A DNA stretch of 64,000 nt from an uncultured cyanobacterium (GCA_963710605.1 CAVQBA010000007.1:320001-384000), one strand, 5' to 3'; shown: positions 11,462-22,958, numbered from the stretch's first letter. Numbers and translations: made by a program. Notes: a model not told the origin generated them from the sequence alone.

Positions 11462-11487
11462 AACATCTGAATACACGTTCAGATATT
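11462..11487. promoter_or_regulatory. SmtB/ArsR-type operator (12-2-12 inverted repeat)
   Basis: AACATCTGAATA-CA-CGTTCAGATATT with a TGAA...TTCA core, immediately upstream of the metallothionein RBS. Confidence 0.8.
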
Positions 11488-11517
11488 CATTTAATTAAAC
11501 AAAGGAGAAAAATTAAG

Positions 11518-11688
11518 ATGGTAGTTGAAACCAAAGAAGTAGTATGTGATTGTGGTTCTTGTTCTTGTAAAGTAGATATGAGCGATGCAATTTTCTCAGA
11601 AGGAAAATATTACTGTTGCCAAAATTGTGCCAATGGTCACATTAATGGTGATAGCTGTAAGCACGATGGTTGTAAATGTGGTGGCTAA
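11518..11688 (+). CDS. smtA: Bacterial metallothionein (56 aa), not in ORF track
   Basis: MVVETKEVVCDCGSCSCKVDMSDAIFSEGKYYCCQNCANGHINGDSCKHDGCKCGG; 10 Cys and 2 His; AAGGAG RBS. Confidence 0.95.
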   Translation: MVVETKEVVCDCGSCSCKVDMSDAIFSEGKYYCCQNCANGHINGDSCKHDGCKCGG

Positions 11689-11764
11689 AATTTGAAGTAA
11701 ATTACATTCGTGTAATGATGGATTGATAGTTGGTGTGCAACATGAACAATCACAAAATCAATTA

Positions 11765-12166
11765 TCAATCTACTTCTGCTAAATGTTCCACCACAGCATG
11801 ATATAAGTCTAAGACATGATGATCTAATAGACGATAATAAACTTTTCTGCCTCTTTTTTGATAAGCAACTAAACGCATCACTTTTAATGTTCTTAATTGA
11901 TGAGAGACAGCAGATTCACTCATATTTAATGTAGCGGCTAAGTCACAAACACATAATTCTTGTTGAGCTAAAATCGATAAAATTCGTAAACGGTTAGAGT
12001 CACCTAAAAGACTAAAAAATTCTGCCATTCGTTGGGCTTTTTCTACATCTAAGGTTTGGTTTTGATATGTTTCGATTAAGTCTGATTCGATAATGTGTGG
12101 GCTACAAGAAGCTAAATTGTTAGTATCGGTAGTTATAGGTAAATTTGGTTTGAGTGATTTAGACAC
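11765..12166 (-). CDS. smtB: ArsR/SmtB family zinc-sensing repressor
   Basis: MAEFFSLLGDSNRLRILS, ELCVCDLA, SESAVSHQLR, alpha5 site DHHV...EHLAE. Confidence 0.88.
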   Translation of the reverse strand: MSKSLKPNLPITTDTNNLASCSPHIIESDLIETYQNQTLDVEKAQRMAEFFSLLGDSNRLRILSILAQQELCVCDLAATLNMSESAVSHQLRTLKVMRLVAYQKRGRKVYYRLLDHHVLDLYHAVVEHLAEVD

Positions 12167-12335
12167 TTTTTGTTTTTTGCAGATCGAATATTTACTTAAT
12201 CATTGTAACAACTAACCCTCGATCGACAATGAATTCTTTATTGTATCAAACACCTTTAGTATTATCCAGATGATTACATATCATTATTTCGATCGACATG
12301 ATGAATTAAGTCAAATCATAATTAAGACGTAATTC

Positions 12336-12363
12336 GTAGGGGTAGAATATATTCTACCCTTAC
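12336..12363 (+). repeat. REP-like GTAG palindrome
   Basis: GTAGGGGTAGAATATATTCTACCCTTAC. Confidence 0.6.
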
Positions 12364-12468
12364 CACTTTTTAAGTCATACCAAATTTAAAGAACAAAAGA
12401 ACTAATCCCCCCTAGCCCCCTTAAGTAAGTGGGGAACAAGAAAATCGTTAATTACTAATTAATCATTG

Positions 12469-13887
12469 CTAATTATTCCCATTAGTAATTTCTAATTCAA
12501 TACCCACAAAATCACTAATTCTTTCTCCTATTTCTTGTAACTGGCTTTGGTAAAGCAGTTTAGAACTAATATGATATTCATCAATATTACCTAAATAGTT
12601 AGGTACACCAAGATAGATACGAGAGTAAAATTGAATCGGTTTACTTCTAGCAATCGCACCTGCCCTATCATGATATTCTTTAAGTAAAAATGCAGGGATA
12701 AATTTAACGGTGCTAATATTTTCGCTCAAAGACGATTGCTTATCCCATGTAATATTACCAAAAAATTGATGACGAATTCCTAATTTTATCTGACCATCTA
12801 AATCGATCGATAATACTCGTTCAAACTTATGAATAAAAAGAGAAGGAAACAAATACTCTGCTATTGCTAAAAAAGGAAAGATAAAAGCAGTTAATATTAA
12901 TACATAAATACTTGAAAAGATTGAGCCTATCATAAACAGTGTAATAACAAGCCAAAAACAAGGACTGTAATCAAGACGATCGCAATCGGGATAATAAATC
13001 TCTATCTTATCCGAATCTTGTTTTACCTTAACACGATGAGGATAAAATGGAATTTTGCCAAAAGAATCTTTTTCTAAAACGTCTGATTTACCTTCTAAAG
13101 CAGTTTTAGCTGACTGTGCCGACTCAAAACGTTTATCTAAACTAGAAGCAGTCATTTGTTTGAGCCAACGACGAAAATAAGAAGAAAGATTTTTACGATC
13201 GTATTTTATTTGTCCTTGTACAGATGGTAAGCTACTCGGATGAGAACCAGTTAAAGCATAGATAATCGTCATTCCGAGGCTATACAAATCCGATGCACGA
13301 GTTGTCTGCCCTCCAAATTGCTCTAAGGGCATATAACCATAACTACCGACAATAGTAATTGTGCCTTCTGCTTTTTGAGCTACCGTTTGCACCGAACCAA
13401 AATCGACGAGATAAACTTCCCCAACACTATTTCCCGATCGATTAGTGATTAAAATATTACTAGGCTTAATGTCTCGATGTATTACAGGGGGGTTTTGTTG
13501 ATGGAGATAAAGTAATATATCAAGCATTTTCTGAGCAAATTCAATTAACTCTGCTTCAGTAAATCTTCTTCCTCGATCGATAATATTCTGTAAAGAATCA
13601 GCATTGATATAACTTTGCACTAAAGCAAAACCGTGTGTATCTTCAGTTTCAACTTCAAAGTAATCGATATATTGAGGAATAGCAGGATGAGTTAGATTTT
13701 TTAAGATATTTGCTTCTCGCTCAAATAATTTTAAATCATCCCAACCAAAATCATCATTAAAACGTAATATCTTGATTATCACCGAACAGTTATTAATAGT
13801 ATCTTGAGCTAAAAAAGTTGTCCTACCTGATTTGTGACTTAATTGTTGTTCGATTCTGTATTTACTTTTAAGTATTAAATTTTTCAT
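12469..13887 (-). CDS. Hanks-type Ser/Thr protein kinase with C-terminal transmembrane segment (paralogue 1)
   Basis: IHRDIKPSNI, DFG, GSYGYMPLEQ. Start set at MKNLILK by alignment with the neighbouring paralogue. Confidence 0.92.
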   Translation of the reverse strand: MKNLILKSKYRIEQQLSHKSGRTTFLAQDTINNCSVIIKILRFNDDFGWDDLKLFEREANILKNLTHPAIPQYIDYFEVETEDTHGFALVQSYINADSLQNIIDRGRRFTEAELIEFAQKMLDILLYLHQQNPPVIHRDIKPSNILITNRSGNSVGEVYLVDFGSVQTVAQKAEGTITIVGSYGYMPLEQFGGQTTRASDLYSLGMTIIYALTGSHPSSLPSVQGQIKYDRKNLSSYFRRWLKQMTASSLDKRFESAQSAKTALEGKSDVLEKDSFGKIPFYPHRVKVKQDSDKIEIYYPDCDRLDYSPCFWLVITLFMIGSIFSSIYVLILTAFIFPFLAIAEYLFPSLFIHKFERVLSIDLDGQIKLGIRHQFFGNITWDKQSSLSENISTVKFIPAFLLKEYHDRAGAIARSKPIQFYSRIYLGVPNYLGNIDEYHISSKLLYQSQLQEIGERISDFVGIELEITNGNN

Positions 13888-14038
13888 ATAGCACTCGTCG
13901 GCAAAAAGGTAAAGGGCAAGTGGTTCAACAATTTTAATCGCAATCGCTCGAATCAATCGTGTAGTAATAGCTTCTAGCTATTTTCGGCTAACAAAAATGA
14001 AACAGCCCTGCTTAAGTAAGGGCGGAACAAGACAATAG

Positions 14039-15469
14039 TTAATTAGAACTTCTTTTAGGATTAGAAGCACTACCACCATTGATAACATCCAATTTAATCC
14101 CAATAAAATTACTAATTTTTTCTCCTAACTCCCATAATTCACTTTGAGAAAGTACACGAGAGGTGAGATGATATTCATCAAATTTACCTGCATAAAGAGA
14201 AACACGAGGATTGACTTTAATTGGATTACTTTTAACGATCGCACCAGTAGAGTCATGATATTCTTGAAGTACAAATGCCGGAATAAATTTAAGCGATCGT
14301 ATATTGTCAGTAAAAGACGAATTTTCATCCCAAATTATTTGACCTGACTTATTACGTACTCCTGATTTAATTACACCATCTAAATCGATCGATAATATAC
14401 GTTCAAACTTTTTGATTAAAAGAGAAGGGAAAAAATGCTCGACTAATTTAACAGCAGGAAAACCATAAATTAAAACGACAAAGAAAAAATCAATTCCCAA
14501 AATACCTGAAACAATAAAGGCACTTACCCAAAAACCAATACCAAAATTAACACGATCGTGATCAGGATAACAAATTTCCATAGTATCCATATCTTGTTTT
14601 ATCTCAGCACGACTATGAGTTAAAGGAATAATTTGCTCGCAAAACTCTGTATCTGTTTCCAAGATAGCCGATTTTGCTTCTAAAGCAGTTTTAGCTAACT
14701 TCACTGACTCATAACGTTTGTCTAAATGAGGATAAGTCATTTTCTTCAGCCAGCGACTAAAACCGTGAGAAAGATGCTCATCATTAAATTGTATTTGCCC
14801 TCTTACCGATGATAGATTATTAGGATGAGAACCAGTTAGAGCATAAATAATCGTCATACCGAGGCTATATAAATCAGATGCGGGGGTAGTTTGCCCACCA
14901 AATTGTTCTAAAGGCATATAACCATAACTACCGACAATAGTAATTGTACCTTCAATCTTTTGAGCGGCTGTTTGCACCGAACCAAAATCAACTAAATAAA
15001 CGTCCCCTATACTATGAGACGATCGATTTGCCATTAAAATATTACTCGGTTTGATATCTCGATGTATTACAGGAGGGTTTTGTTGATGGAGATAAAGTAA
15101 GATATCGAGCATTTTCTGAGCAAATTCAATCAATTCAGATTCACTAAATCTTCTTCCTTGAGTAATAATAGTTTGTAACGACTCAGCAGGGATATAACTT
15201 TGCACCAAAGCAAAACCATGAATATCTTCAGTTTCAACTTCAAAATAATCGATATACTCAGGAATAGCAGAATGAGTTAAATTTTGTAATGTACTTGCTT
15301 CTCGTTCAAATAATTTCAAATCATCCCAACCAAAATCATCATCAAACCTGAGTATTTTGATTACTACAGGGCGATTATTAATCGTGTCTAGGGCGATAAA
15401 AGTTGTTCTGCCTGATTTGTGACTTAATTGTCGTTCGATTTTGTATCGATTTTTAAGTATCGGATTCAT
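14039..15469 (-). CDS. Hanks-type Ser/Thr protein kinase with C-terminal transmembrane segment (paralogue 2)
   Basis: Same kinase motifs; collinear with 12469-13887. Confidence 0.92.
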   Translation of the reverse strand: MNPILKNRYKIERQLSHKSGRTTFIALDTINNRPVVIKILRFDDDFGWDDLKLFEREASTLQNLTHSAIPEYIDYFEVETEDIHGFALVQSYIPAESLQTIITQGRRFSESELIEFAQKMLDILLYLHQQNPPVIHRDIKPSNILMANRSSHSIGDVYLVDFGSVQTAAQKIEGTITIVGSYGYMPLEQFGGQTTPASDLYSLGMTIIYALTGSHPNNLSSVRGQIQFNDEHLSHGFSRWLKKMTYPHLDKRYESVKLAKTALEAKSAILETDTEFCEQIIPLTHSRAEIKQDMDTMEICYPDHDRVNFGIGFWVSAFIVSGILGIDFFFVVLIYGFPAVKLVEHFFPSLLIKKFERILSIDLDGVIKSGVRNKSGQIIWDENSSFTDNIRSLKFIPAFVLQEYHDSTGAIVKSNPIKVNPRVSLYAGKFDEYHLTSRVLSQSELWELGEKISNFIGIKLDVINGGSASNPKRSSN

Positions 15470-15784
15470 AATAGTTAACAGTTAAGAGTTGATGTAGTTG
15501 AGTGCATTTAATTCTCACAGAATGACTACAAGGTAAGAATTTATCTCAATTATTTTTTATCCTTAATTTCATTTATACTCAGCCTTAGCTGAAGTAAGTT
15601 GAAGTATCTTTCCTCTCTCACCCTAAATAATAGGCGTAGTTTTTATTATGCCAAATCAACTATTGGTAATTGAGGATTAGCGATCGATTTTTACTAATTT
15701 TTAACAATTGTTTTAGTTTGTGTGGAGAGCGACAAATTTTGTTAACATAAAACAGTGAAATTTTATGCTTAGCTAAGTAGAAAC

Positions 15785-17587
15785 ATGGCGTTAATTGTCC
15801 AAAAGTATGGTGGTAGTTCGGTTGGTACAGTCGATCGCATCAAATCTGTGAGCCAAAGAATTTATCGTACCGCCCAATTAGGGAATCAAGTAGTTGTCGT
15901 CGTTTCGGCTATGGGTAAAACAACCGATGGTTTAGTTAAGTTAGCTAATCAAATTTCATCTAATCCCGATCGTCGGGAAATGGATATGTTACTCTCTACA
16001 GGAGAACAAGTGTCAATCTCTTTACTTAGTATGGCACTCCAAGAATTAGGACAACCCGCAATCTCTTTAACGGGTGCGCAAGTAGGAATTGTGACAGAAG
16101 CACAATATAGCAAAGCACGTATTTTAGAAATAAAACCCGATCGTATCAACAAACAATTACAACAAGGGCAAGTTGTTGTCGTCGCTGGATTTCAAGGCGT
16201 TAGTAACTGCCAAGATTTAGAGATAACTACCCTCGGTAGAGGTGGCTCAGATACATCCGCAGTCGCTTTAGCCGTAGCTATTGGGGCTGATTGTTGCGAG
16301 ATTTATACTGATGTACCTGGTATTTTAACAACTGATCCTCGTATTGTTCCTTCTGCTAAACTAATGGACGAAATAACCGCCGATGAAATGTTGGAGTTAG
16401 CTAGTCTAGGTGCAAAAGTACTTCATCCTCGTGCTGTTGAAATTGCCCGTAATTTTGGTATGCCTTTAGTGGTTAAATCTAGTTGGACGGATGATGCAGG
16501 CACAAAAGTAGTTTCTCCTGCTGATCAAGGAAAATCATTAATCGGACTAGAACTGACAAAAGCCGTGGATGCGGTGGAATTAGACTCAGATCAAGCTAAA
16601 GTTGCCTTACTACGAGTACCAGATCGTCCCGGAGTTGCCGCCCGTCTATTCGGCGAAATAGCTCGTCAGGAAGTTGATGTCGATTTGATTATTCAATCAA
16701 TACATGAAGGTAATAGTAATGATATTGCCTTTACAGTGATCAAAAAAGAATTAAATCGTGCTGAATCTGTGGCGATGGCGATCGCTCCTATACTACATGA
16801 AGATACGACAGATATTTTAGTTGAGAAAAATATTGCCAAAATAGCGATCGCAGGGGCAGGAATGATTGGTCGTCCGGGGATTGCGGCGAAAATGTTTCAA
16901 TCTTTAGCCCAAGCGGGAGTCAATATTCAAATGATTTCTACTTCTGAAGTTAAAGTAAGCTGTTTGGTAGAACAAGAAGAATGCGAAAAAGCAATTAAAG
17001 CTTTATGTGAAGCATTTGAGATTTCTTGCTCTAATATTAACCTCAGAAATAGTAAGAACGAAAATACTATTCTAGTCCCAGTCAGAGGAGTAGCTTTAGA
17101 TCAAAATCAAGCTCAAGTAGCTATTTTGTATGTTCCTGATATACCCGGAATGGCGGCTAAAATATTCACAATATTAGCAGAAGAAAGTATCAGTGTGGAT
17201 ATGATTATTCAATCGCAAAGATGTCGTATAGTTGATAATACTCCTATGCGTGATATTGCATTTACCGTCAATCAAAGTGATGCACCTTTAGCCAAACAAG
17301 TTTTAGAAAAACTGCAATCAGAAATTAAATTTAAAGAAGTAGTAGTTGACTCAAATATAGCTAAAGTTAGTATCGTTGGTTCAGGAATGGTTGGTCGTCC
17401 CGGGATTGCGGCTCAATTTTTTCAGGCTTTAGCGGATGAGAATATCAACATTTATATGATTACTACTTCTGAGATAAAAATCAGTTGTGTGGTAGCCGCC
17501 GATGAAGGTATTAAAGCCCTAAAAGCAGTACACGAAGCTTTTGATTTAGGTGGAGAGACAATACTTGAAGTACCATCAAAGGAATGA
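15785..17587 (+). CDS. lysC: Aspartate kinase, cyanobacterial type with duplicated ACT region
   Basis: [27 protein letters not shown], two STSE/TTSE ACT pairs; 600 aa. Confidence 0.96.
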   Translation: MALIVQKYGGSSVGTVDRIKSVSQRIYRTAQLGNQVVVVVSAMGKTTDGLVKLANQISSNPDRREMDMLLSTGEQVSISLLSMALQELGQPAISLTGAQVGIVTEAQYSKARILEIKPDRINKQLQQGQVVVVAGFQGVSNCQDLEITTLGRGGSDTSAVALAVAIGADCCEIYTDVPGILTTDPRIVPSAKLMDEITADEMLELASLGAKVLHPRAVEIARNFGMPLVVKSSWTDDAGTKVVSPADQGKSLIGLELTKAVDAVELDSDQAKVALLRVPDRPGVAARLFGEIARQEVDVDLIIQSIHEGNSNDIAFTVIKKELNRAESVAMAIAPILHEDTTDILVEKNIAKIAIAGAGMIGRPGIAAKMFQSLAQAGVNIQMISTSEVKVSCLVEQEECEKAIKALCEAFEISCSNINLRNSKNENTILVPVRGVALDQNQAQVAILYVPDIPGMAAKIFTILAEESISVDMIIQSQRCRIVDNTPMRDIAFTVNQSDAPLAKQVLEKLQSEIKFKEVVVDSNIAKVSIVGSGMVGRPGIAAQFFQALADENINIYMITTSEIKISCVVAADEGIKALKAVHEAFDLGGETILEVPSKE

Positions 17588-17681
17588 GTAAGAAGTTAAG
17601 AGTTAAGAGTTAAGAGTTAAGAGTTAAAAGTTAGAAGAGATCAATTGTTCATTGTTCATTGTTCATTGTTCATTGTTCATT
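17586..17681. repeat. Heptamer tandem repeats (GAGTTAA and TTGTTCA) between convergent genes
   Basis: Directly visible. Confidence 0.85.
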
Positions 17682-18719
17682 GCCTTGTGTTTGATTTCTG
17701 ATTAATTCTTGTACATGGGCGATCGCACTATTAAGCTCATAATTACGTAAACTAGGATTATTCTCAAAAGCCTCTTGCTCTTGTTTAATCATCTCGATAT
17801 CTTGCTCTATCAAACCTTTTAGTAATCCATTAGCCGCCCCATAGACGCTATTTTTAATCCAGCGACGAAACCAAATAGGTAACTTGTGTAACCGCCAAAA
17901 TGGTTTTAAAGAAGTGAAATGAATTAGATAAGCCTTTGTTTGGGTTTTGCTAATCGGGCAGAAAAGACAACAAATTTTAAACTCTTCTCCTAAAGTAGAA
18001 TGCCAATGAGGATAAGCATAAGTAACTGTTAAAGGCTCAGGATGAAGTTTTCTTAAAGAGGGGAAAAATAATTGTGAAATAGACCAAATTTTATCGATCT
18101 TATAATAACTTTGGGCTTCATACAATACTTCTACAGACTTATTATCGCTATGAATATCTTTTAAAGAAGCTTCTGCCCATGCTTGATAATTATCATGTAA
18201 ATGCCCGTGATACATATCCATCAAATTCTCAATTAAATAAGAAAAATGCCCAGGACAATCGATCGAAGCCATACTACAAATATAGTTAAGATGATCCCAT
18301 TCAGGCATTCCCATTGGTTGAACAACTTCGCTATCTCCATCACCGGGAAACAACCAAATAAAGCCATCTAATTCTTTGACAGGATACGTTTTTAATTGAC
18401 AATTGGGTAACTTTTGTTTCTCGTTTAAATAAGGTACAAAAGCACATTTACCTTCTTGGTTAAAACGCCAACCGTGATATGCACATTCAATCTTGTTATC
18501 AACTACTTTACCTTCACTTAGTTTTACCTGACGATGAGGGCATCTATCTTCAATTGCTTGGATTTCTCCTTGTGTATCTCTAAACAAAACAATTTTTTGA
18601 TACCATATTTCGACGGCGAAGGGTTGCGTTGTCACTTCAGGGCTACTTGCAACGACATACCAGTGATTAAGATTGATTCCGCAATTACGAATGTGTTGTT
18701 TTTGGTTTAGCTGGATCAT
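17670..18719 (-). CDS. Rieske non-heme iron oxygenase (aromatic ring-hydroxylating alpha-subunit-like)
   Basis: CPHR...CAYHGW Rieske ligands; ENLMDMYHGHLH mononuclear Fe site. Confidence 0.9.
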   Translation of the reverse strand: MIQLNQKQHIRNCGINLNHWYVVASSPEVTTQPFAVEIWYQKIVLFRDTQGEIQAIEDRCPHRQVKLSEGKVVDNKIECAYHGWRFNQEGKCAFVPYLNEKQKLPNCQLKTYPVKELDGFIWLFPGDGDSEVVQPMGMPEWDHLNYICSMASIDCPGHFSYLIENLMDMYHGHLHDNYQAWAEASLKDIHSDNKSVEVLYEAQSYYKIDKIWSISQLFFPSLRKLHPEPLTVTYAYPHWHSTLGEEFKICCLFCPISKTQTKAYLIHFTSLKPFWRLHKLPIWFRRWIKNSVYGAANGLLKGLIEQDIEMIKQEQEAFENNPSLRNYELNSAIAHVQELIRNQTQGNEQ

Positions 18720-19101
18720 CAAAATAGCCAATACAATAAAAAATGAGTAGATGGAAACAGTGTAATTTTTATTTATTTTAGCAAAATTTCGGCTATAAAG
18801 CCTCGTACTTCGACTGATGCCTTTTTTAATCGCTATGACAGATAATTTCTTCTGTGTTTAAGTAAGATAAGGAAAGTTTGCCAAGATATCTAAACTCACT
18901 TATCGACTATTGTCAAAATATTATTTGTTCTTAACTGATTTTTACTTTTATACCTACGTATAACTGAAAGTACTATTTTATCTGAGAATATTTTTTTAAA
19001 ACTAATAATAAAAAGCAAGTATTTTTTTTATATTGTATTTCTTACAAATCTATAATTATAGATTATTTTATTTGTCCAAATTTAATTTAGAGAGAATTTA
19101 C

Positions 19102-20931
19102 TTAATAAATTGTATAGCCATTTCTCCCTTTTTCTTTAGTAATATAAAGTGCTTTATCTGCTTTATTAATTAGGGTATCTACTGTACTACCATGCTCAGG
19201 AAAAATAGCGATACCAATACTTGTTGAAGTTGTGACGATCGTTTTGTTACACACAAAAGGATTATTAATCGACTTAATTATACGCTCAGCAATGGATATA
19301 ACTTGTTGAGTATCAATAATATCAAGTAGTAAAATGACAAATTCATCACCTCCCCAACGGGCAACATAATCTCTTTTCTTGACATTATTTTGTAATCTTT
19401 GAGCAAATTGTTTGAGTATCATATCACCAACATCATGCCCATAATTATCATTGATTTTCTTAAAATAATCTACATCAATAAACATAAATGCTAATGGTGT
19501 ATTTTTTTGATGACTACTTTCTAGGGTTTTAGCAAAAATATTCCGAAAATAATTTCGTTTGTACAAACCTGTTAAACTATCGTGATAGGCTTGATATTTT
19601 AATTCATCTTCTAGTTTTTTGCGTCGGCTGATATCTCTAAAAACACAGCAAAAAATAATTTTTTGATCGTAATTGATTATATTAACACCAAACTCGACAT
19701 CGATCGGTTGATTATATTTTACTTTGAACTTGGCTTCTTCTCGGAAACTCGATCTGGTTTGTTTTAATAATTTTAATTTATATTCAAAATCTACTTTCTT
19801 ATTGATGATAAAAAAATCGATCGAATTACTAGTAATCTCACTAAGAGAATAATTCAACATTCTTGATGATGCGGAATTTGCTTCAATAACTTGTAAATTA
19901 TCGGCATCGAACAATAAAATACCTTCAGAGGTTTGTTCGACAACTGCTCGGTATTTCTCTTCACTATATTTAAGTTGAGATTCTATTTCTTTACGACGAG
20001 TAAAATCAAAAATATAACTTCTAATTAGTTGTAATTCTGGTAAATAATGGATGTATTGTTCAAATACTTTGTCTTGATAAGTAACTTCTCTAACAAAAAG
20101 GTTTCCTTGTATTTTATGTTCGGCTGTTAATAAATTAGAAAGTAGAGGGTGACTCATCGTTTCTTTTTTCAACTCAGGAAATAACAAATTAGCTGAAGGA
20201 TTATAATAAGTTAATGTTCCTTGTAAATTAACTTCAAAAATAGGGTATGGGCTTAATTCGGCAAAAGAAACAACTTTAGAAATATACCCAATAACTTTTT
20301 CATTATCTTTATTAATATTTATTTTTTGATTTTTAAATGGCGAATCTATTAGCGTTTTTTTAGCATAGATATCAGCATTAAAATTATCATCTAGTTGATT
20401 ATCAATATCAGTAAATAATGATTGATTAGTCGAATTTTTATCAATAATAAAAAAGCGAGCTACCGTATTTTTACTTAAGCAAATAATGTCACCATGTTCT
20501 AAGTATTTACTCTGATAATATTTACCATTAATTATAATACCATTTTTGCTTTTTACTCCTGATAAACTACCATCGATTAATTTATAAAAAAACAAGTTAT
20601 TTTCTTGATTATGTTCCTTGAGTAAAGTAGCGTGGTGACGCGATAGTAGCTCGTCTTTAAGGATAATATCGGCATAATCAGAACGACCAATATTGTATAG
20701 TTTTTCTTCGAGATAAACTACATAATTATTATTTTTCTCTTCAATAATTAATACATGAGAATATTCACAATTTCTTTTCAGATTGTCAATTCCAAATACT
20801 TGATAATCAGTTAATATAAGGTTTGATTTTTCAACGTTATTATGTGAACTACTACCATTTCCCTGATTATTAAGTTGTTTATTCTGGGATTTTTTGTCTT
20901 TCATTCTCAATCTGATTAAACGGGATAACAT
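19102..20931 (-). CDS. FHA-PAS diguanylate cyclase
   Basis: FHA (IGRS..SRHHA..SKNG), PAS (EEKYRAVVEQ..RDIS), GGDEF with DVDYFKKINDNYGH. Confidence 0.9.
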   Translation of the reverse strand: MLSRLIRLRMKDKKSQNKQLNNQGNGSSSHNNVEKSNLILTDYQVFGIDNLKRNCEYSHVLIIEEKNNNYVVYLEEKLYNIGRSDYADIILKDELLSRHHATLLKEHNQENNLFFYKLIDGSLSGVKSKNGIIINGKYYQSKYLEHGDIICLSKNTVARFFIIDKNSTNQSLFTDIDNQLDDNFNADIYAKKTLIDSPFKNQKININKDNEKVIGYISKVVSFAELSPYPIFEVNLQGTLTYYNPSANLLFPELKKETMSHPLLSNLLTAEHKIQGNLFVREVTYQDKVFEQYIHYLPELQLIRSYIFDFTRRKEIESQLKYSEEKYRAVVEQTSEGILLFDADNLQVIEANSASSRMLNYSLSEITSNSIDFFIINKKVDFEYKLKLLKQTRSSFREEAKFKVKYNQPIDVEFGVNIINYDQKIIFCCVFRDISRRKKLEDELKYQAYHDSLTGLYKRNYFRNIFAKTLESSHQKNTPLAFMFIDVDYFKKINDNYGHDVGDMILKQFAQRLQNNVKKRDYVARWGGDEFVILLLDIIDTQQVISIAERIIKSINNPFVCNKTIVTTSTSIGIAIFPEHGSTVDTLINKADKALYITKEKGRNGYTIY

Positions 20932-21335
20932 TTAAACTGTTATTAACTATGTTAAATTATTTTTTCAATAATGAAGATTATTAAATATTTTGTTCAAGAT
21001 TATTTAAATTAAAGTTAGTACAAATACTTTTCTAATCTTAGGTCGAAAAAAGAATAAGCTGATTGATAATTATTTATTTTTGAGATAAAAAAACTGATAG
21101 ATCACAATCATACTAGATAATTTATGATTTTATTGATAACTTTCTCCAAATGATAATCGACTCTTATTTAATCTTAGTAGTACAAAAACATTGAATAAGA
21201 TGAAGGTTCATTTTTAGCAAAAATAATACTTAATAGATTATAAATAACAGACAACAGCATTTAAAGTGTTTACTGCTGAATGATTAAAAGTTGAGCTTGC
21301 TTTATTTAACTCACTATTTTTGCTTGATTGGTTTT

Positions 21336-22958
21336 TTAGCTATTATTTTTTCTTTCTTGTAGTTGAAGACGAATTTGACTATGATATTCACGAGTGATGG
21401 GGTAAAAGTAAGCAAGAATCATACCCGCAACTAAAATGACAGCAGGTAAAGGGGCAACCACTAAACGAATAGCCCATAATGCACTATCTGGTTGTGTAGG
21501 TGCTAATTCTCCTGAAATAGTTTTGATAAAACCAGATGTCTCTAAAGCGATTCCGACTAAAAACAAGCCTAAAGCTAAACCAAATTTTTGTAACAACACC
21601 ATAAATCCATAAAAAAGTCCTTCTCTTCTTTTTCCTGTGTTTAATTCGTCTAAATCGATAACATCCGGTATCATAGACCAAGGAATGAGATAAGCTACAG
21701 AAACACCACAGCCAGCTAACATTGCTAATAGATAAAGTAATAATGTTTGTCCAGGCTGAACCAGAAATAAACCAATTTGAGCAAATATCCAAATAGTTGA
21801 ACCAAGGAAATAAACGATTTTTTTATCTAGTTTCTGACTAATTTTTTGCCAGACAAATAACATGACTAATGCTGTACCTTGAACTGCGATCGCTACAGTG
21901 GGAAAGGAAGATTCTGGTAGCCCCATCCAATCAACGACAAAGTAAAGTAAAATTGAAGCGGTTAATTGTACAGCTAACCAAGAGCATAAATAAATACCAA
22001 CTACATAGACGAAAGGTTTGTTTTGAAAAACTATTTTTAATTGTTGGAAAAAAGGTATATTTTCTTCGGCTGAATTTTCTAGATTATTATTTGAGTTCGA
22101 TAAATGAGGTTCTGTTTTAGCAATAATTAAACTAACTGCGATCGCACCTACTAAAATCATTACCAAAATACCCATCAATGCCCAAAATTTTTGAATCGCA
22201 TCAGTTGAAGTTAGTAAAGTAAAAAGAGAAATAACCGCCACAATTGTCGCAATACCAACCAAGACAAAACCTGTTGTTTTACGAGTTTTAGGAGTTAGTA
22301 AAGGTTGATAACCTCTTTCTTTGATAATTAAAGGACACCAAAACAAAGGAATAGTTGAAAAAATAGTAGATATAATACCTAAAACAAGATATTTTTGTTG
22401 ACCATCTTGAAAAACTTGAAAGACAAATCCGGCGAGGATTAGAGACAGAATACTAGCACCGATCGAAAAACTAAAGCGAACACTATTCAAATTTGTCCGT
22501 TCGTTATAGTCTTGAGTTAATTCGGGGGTTAGTGCTTGATATGGTAAATTAACCGCTGTGTAAAAAAGATTAAAGATAATCCCGATAACCAAATAATAAA
22601 TGAAAAGTAATGTATTATTTAATTGTGGATCTTGACTAAAAGTTGGTACTAACCATTGCAAAAAAAAGACCAACCCAAAAGGAATAGCCGAAAAAATAAT
22701 CCAAGGTAAACGTCTGCCCCATTTAGTTTTAGTCCGATCGCTAAACATACCAATTAAAGGATCATTCACCGCATCGGCAATCTTACCAATAAAAAGGATA
22801 CTACCTGCCCAACTAGGGCTTAAACCCGCCACATTAGTAAAAAAAGGCAAAAGAAAGAATACTAATAAATTAGCAGTTAAAGCAGGTCCCATATCACCTG
22901 CACCAAAAGCAAGTTTAGTAGTTAAATATAATTTTTCTGATGTTTGATTAGATTTCAT
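21336..22958 (-). CDS. GPH family (MelB-like) MFS sugar:cation symporter
   Basis: DAVNDPLIG..SDRT..WGRR, PYQALTPELT, RREGLFYG. Confidence 0.9.
   Translation of the reverse strand: MKSNQTSEKLYLTTKLAFGAGDMGPALTANLLVFFLLPFFTNVAGLSPSWAGSILFIGKIADAVNDPLIGMFSDRTKTKWGRRLPWIIFSAIPFGLVFFLQWLVPTFSQDPQLNNTLLFIYYLVIGIIFNLFYTAVNLPYQALTPELTQDYNERTNLNSVRFSFSIGASILSLILAGFVFQVFQDGQQKYLVLGIISTIFSTIPLFWCPLIIKERGYQPLLTPKTRKTTGFVLVGIATIVAVISLFTLLTSTDAIQKFWALMGILVMILVGAIAVSLIIAKTEPHLSNSNNNLENSAEENIPFFQQLKIVFQNKPFVYVVGIYLCSWLAVQLTASILLYFVVDWMGLPESSFPTVAIAVQGTALVMLFVWQKISQKLDKKIVYFLGSTIWIFAQIGLFLVQPGQTLLLYLLAMLAGCGVSVAYLIPWSMIPDVIDLDELNTGKRREGLFYGFMVLLQKFGLALGLFLVGIALETSGFIKTISGELAPTQPDSALWAIRLVVAPLPAVILVAGMILAYFYPITREYHSQIRLQLQERKNNS

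Noticed and set aside
15480-15784. Lysine riboswitch upstream of lysC
   Set aside because: No recognisable conserved aptamer elements.
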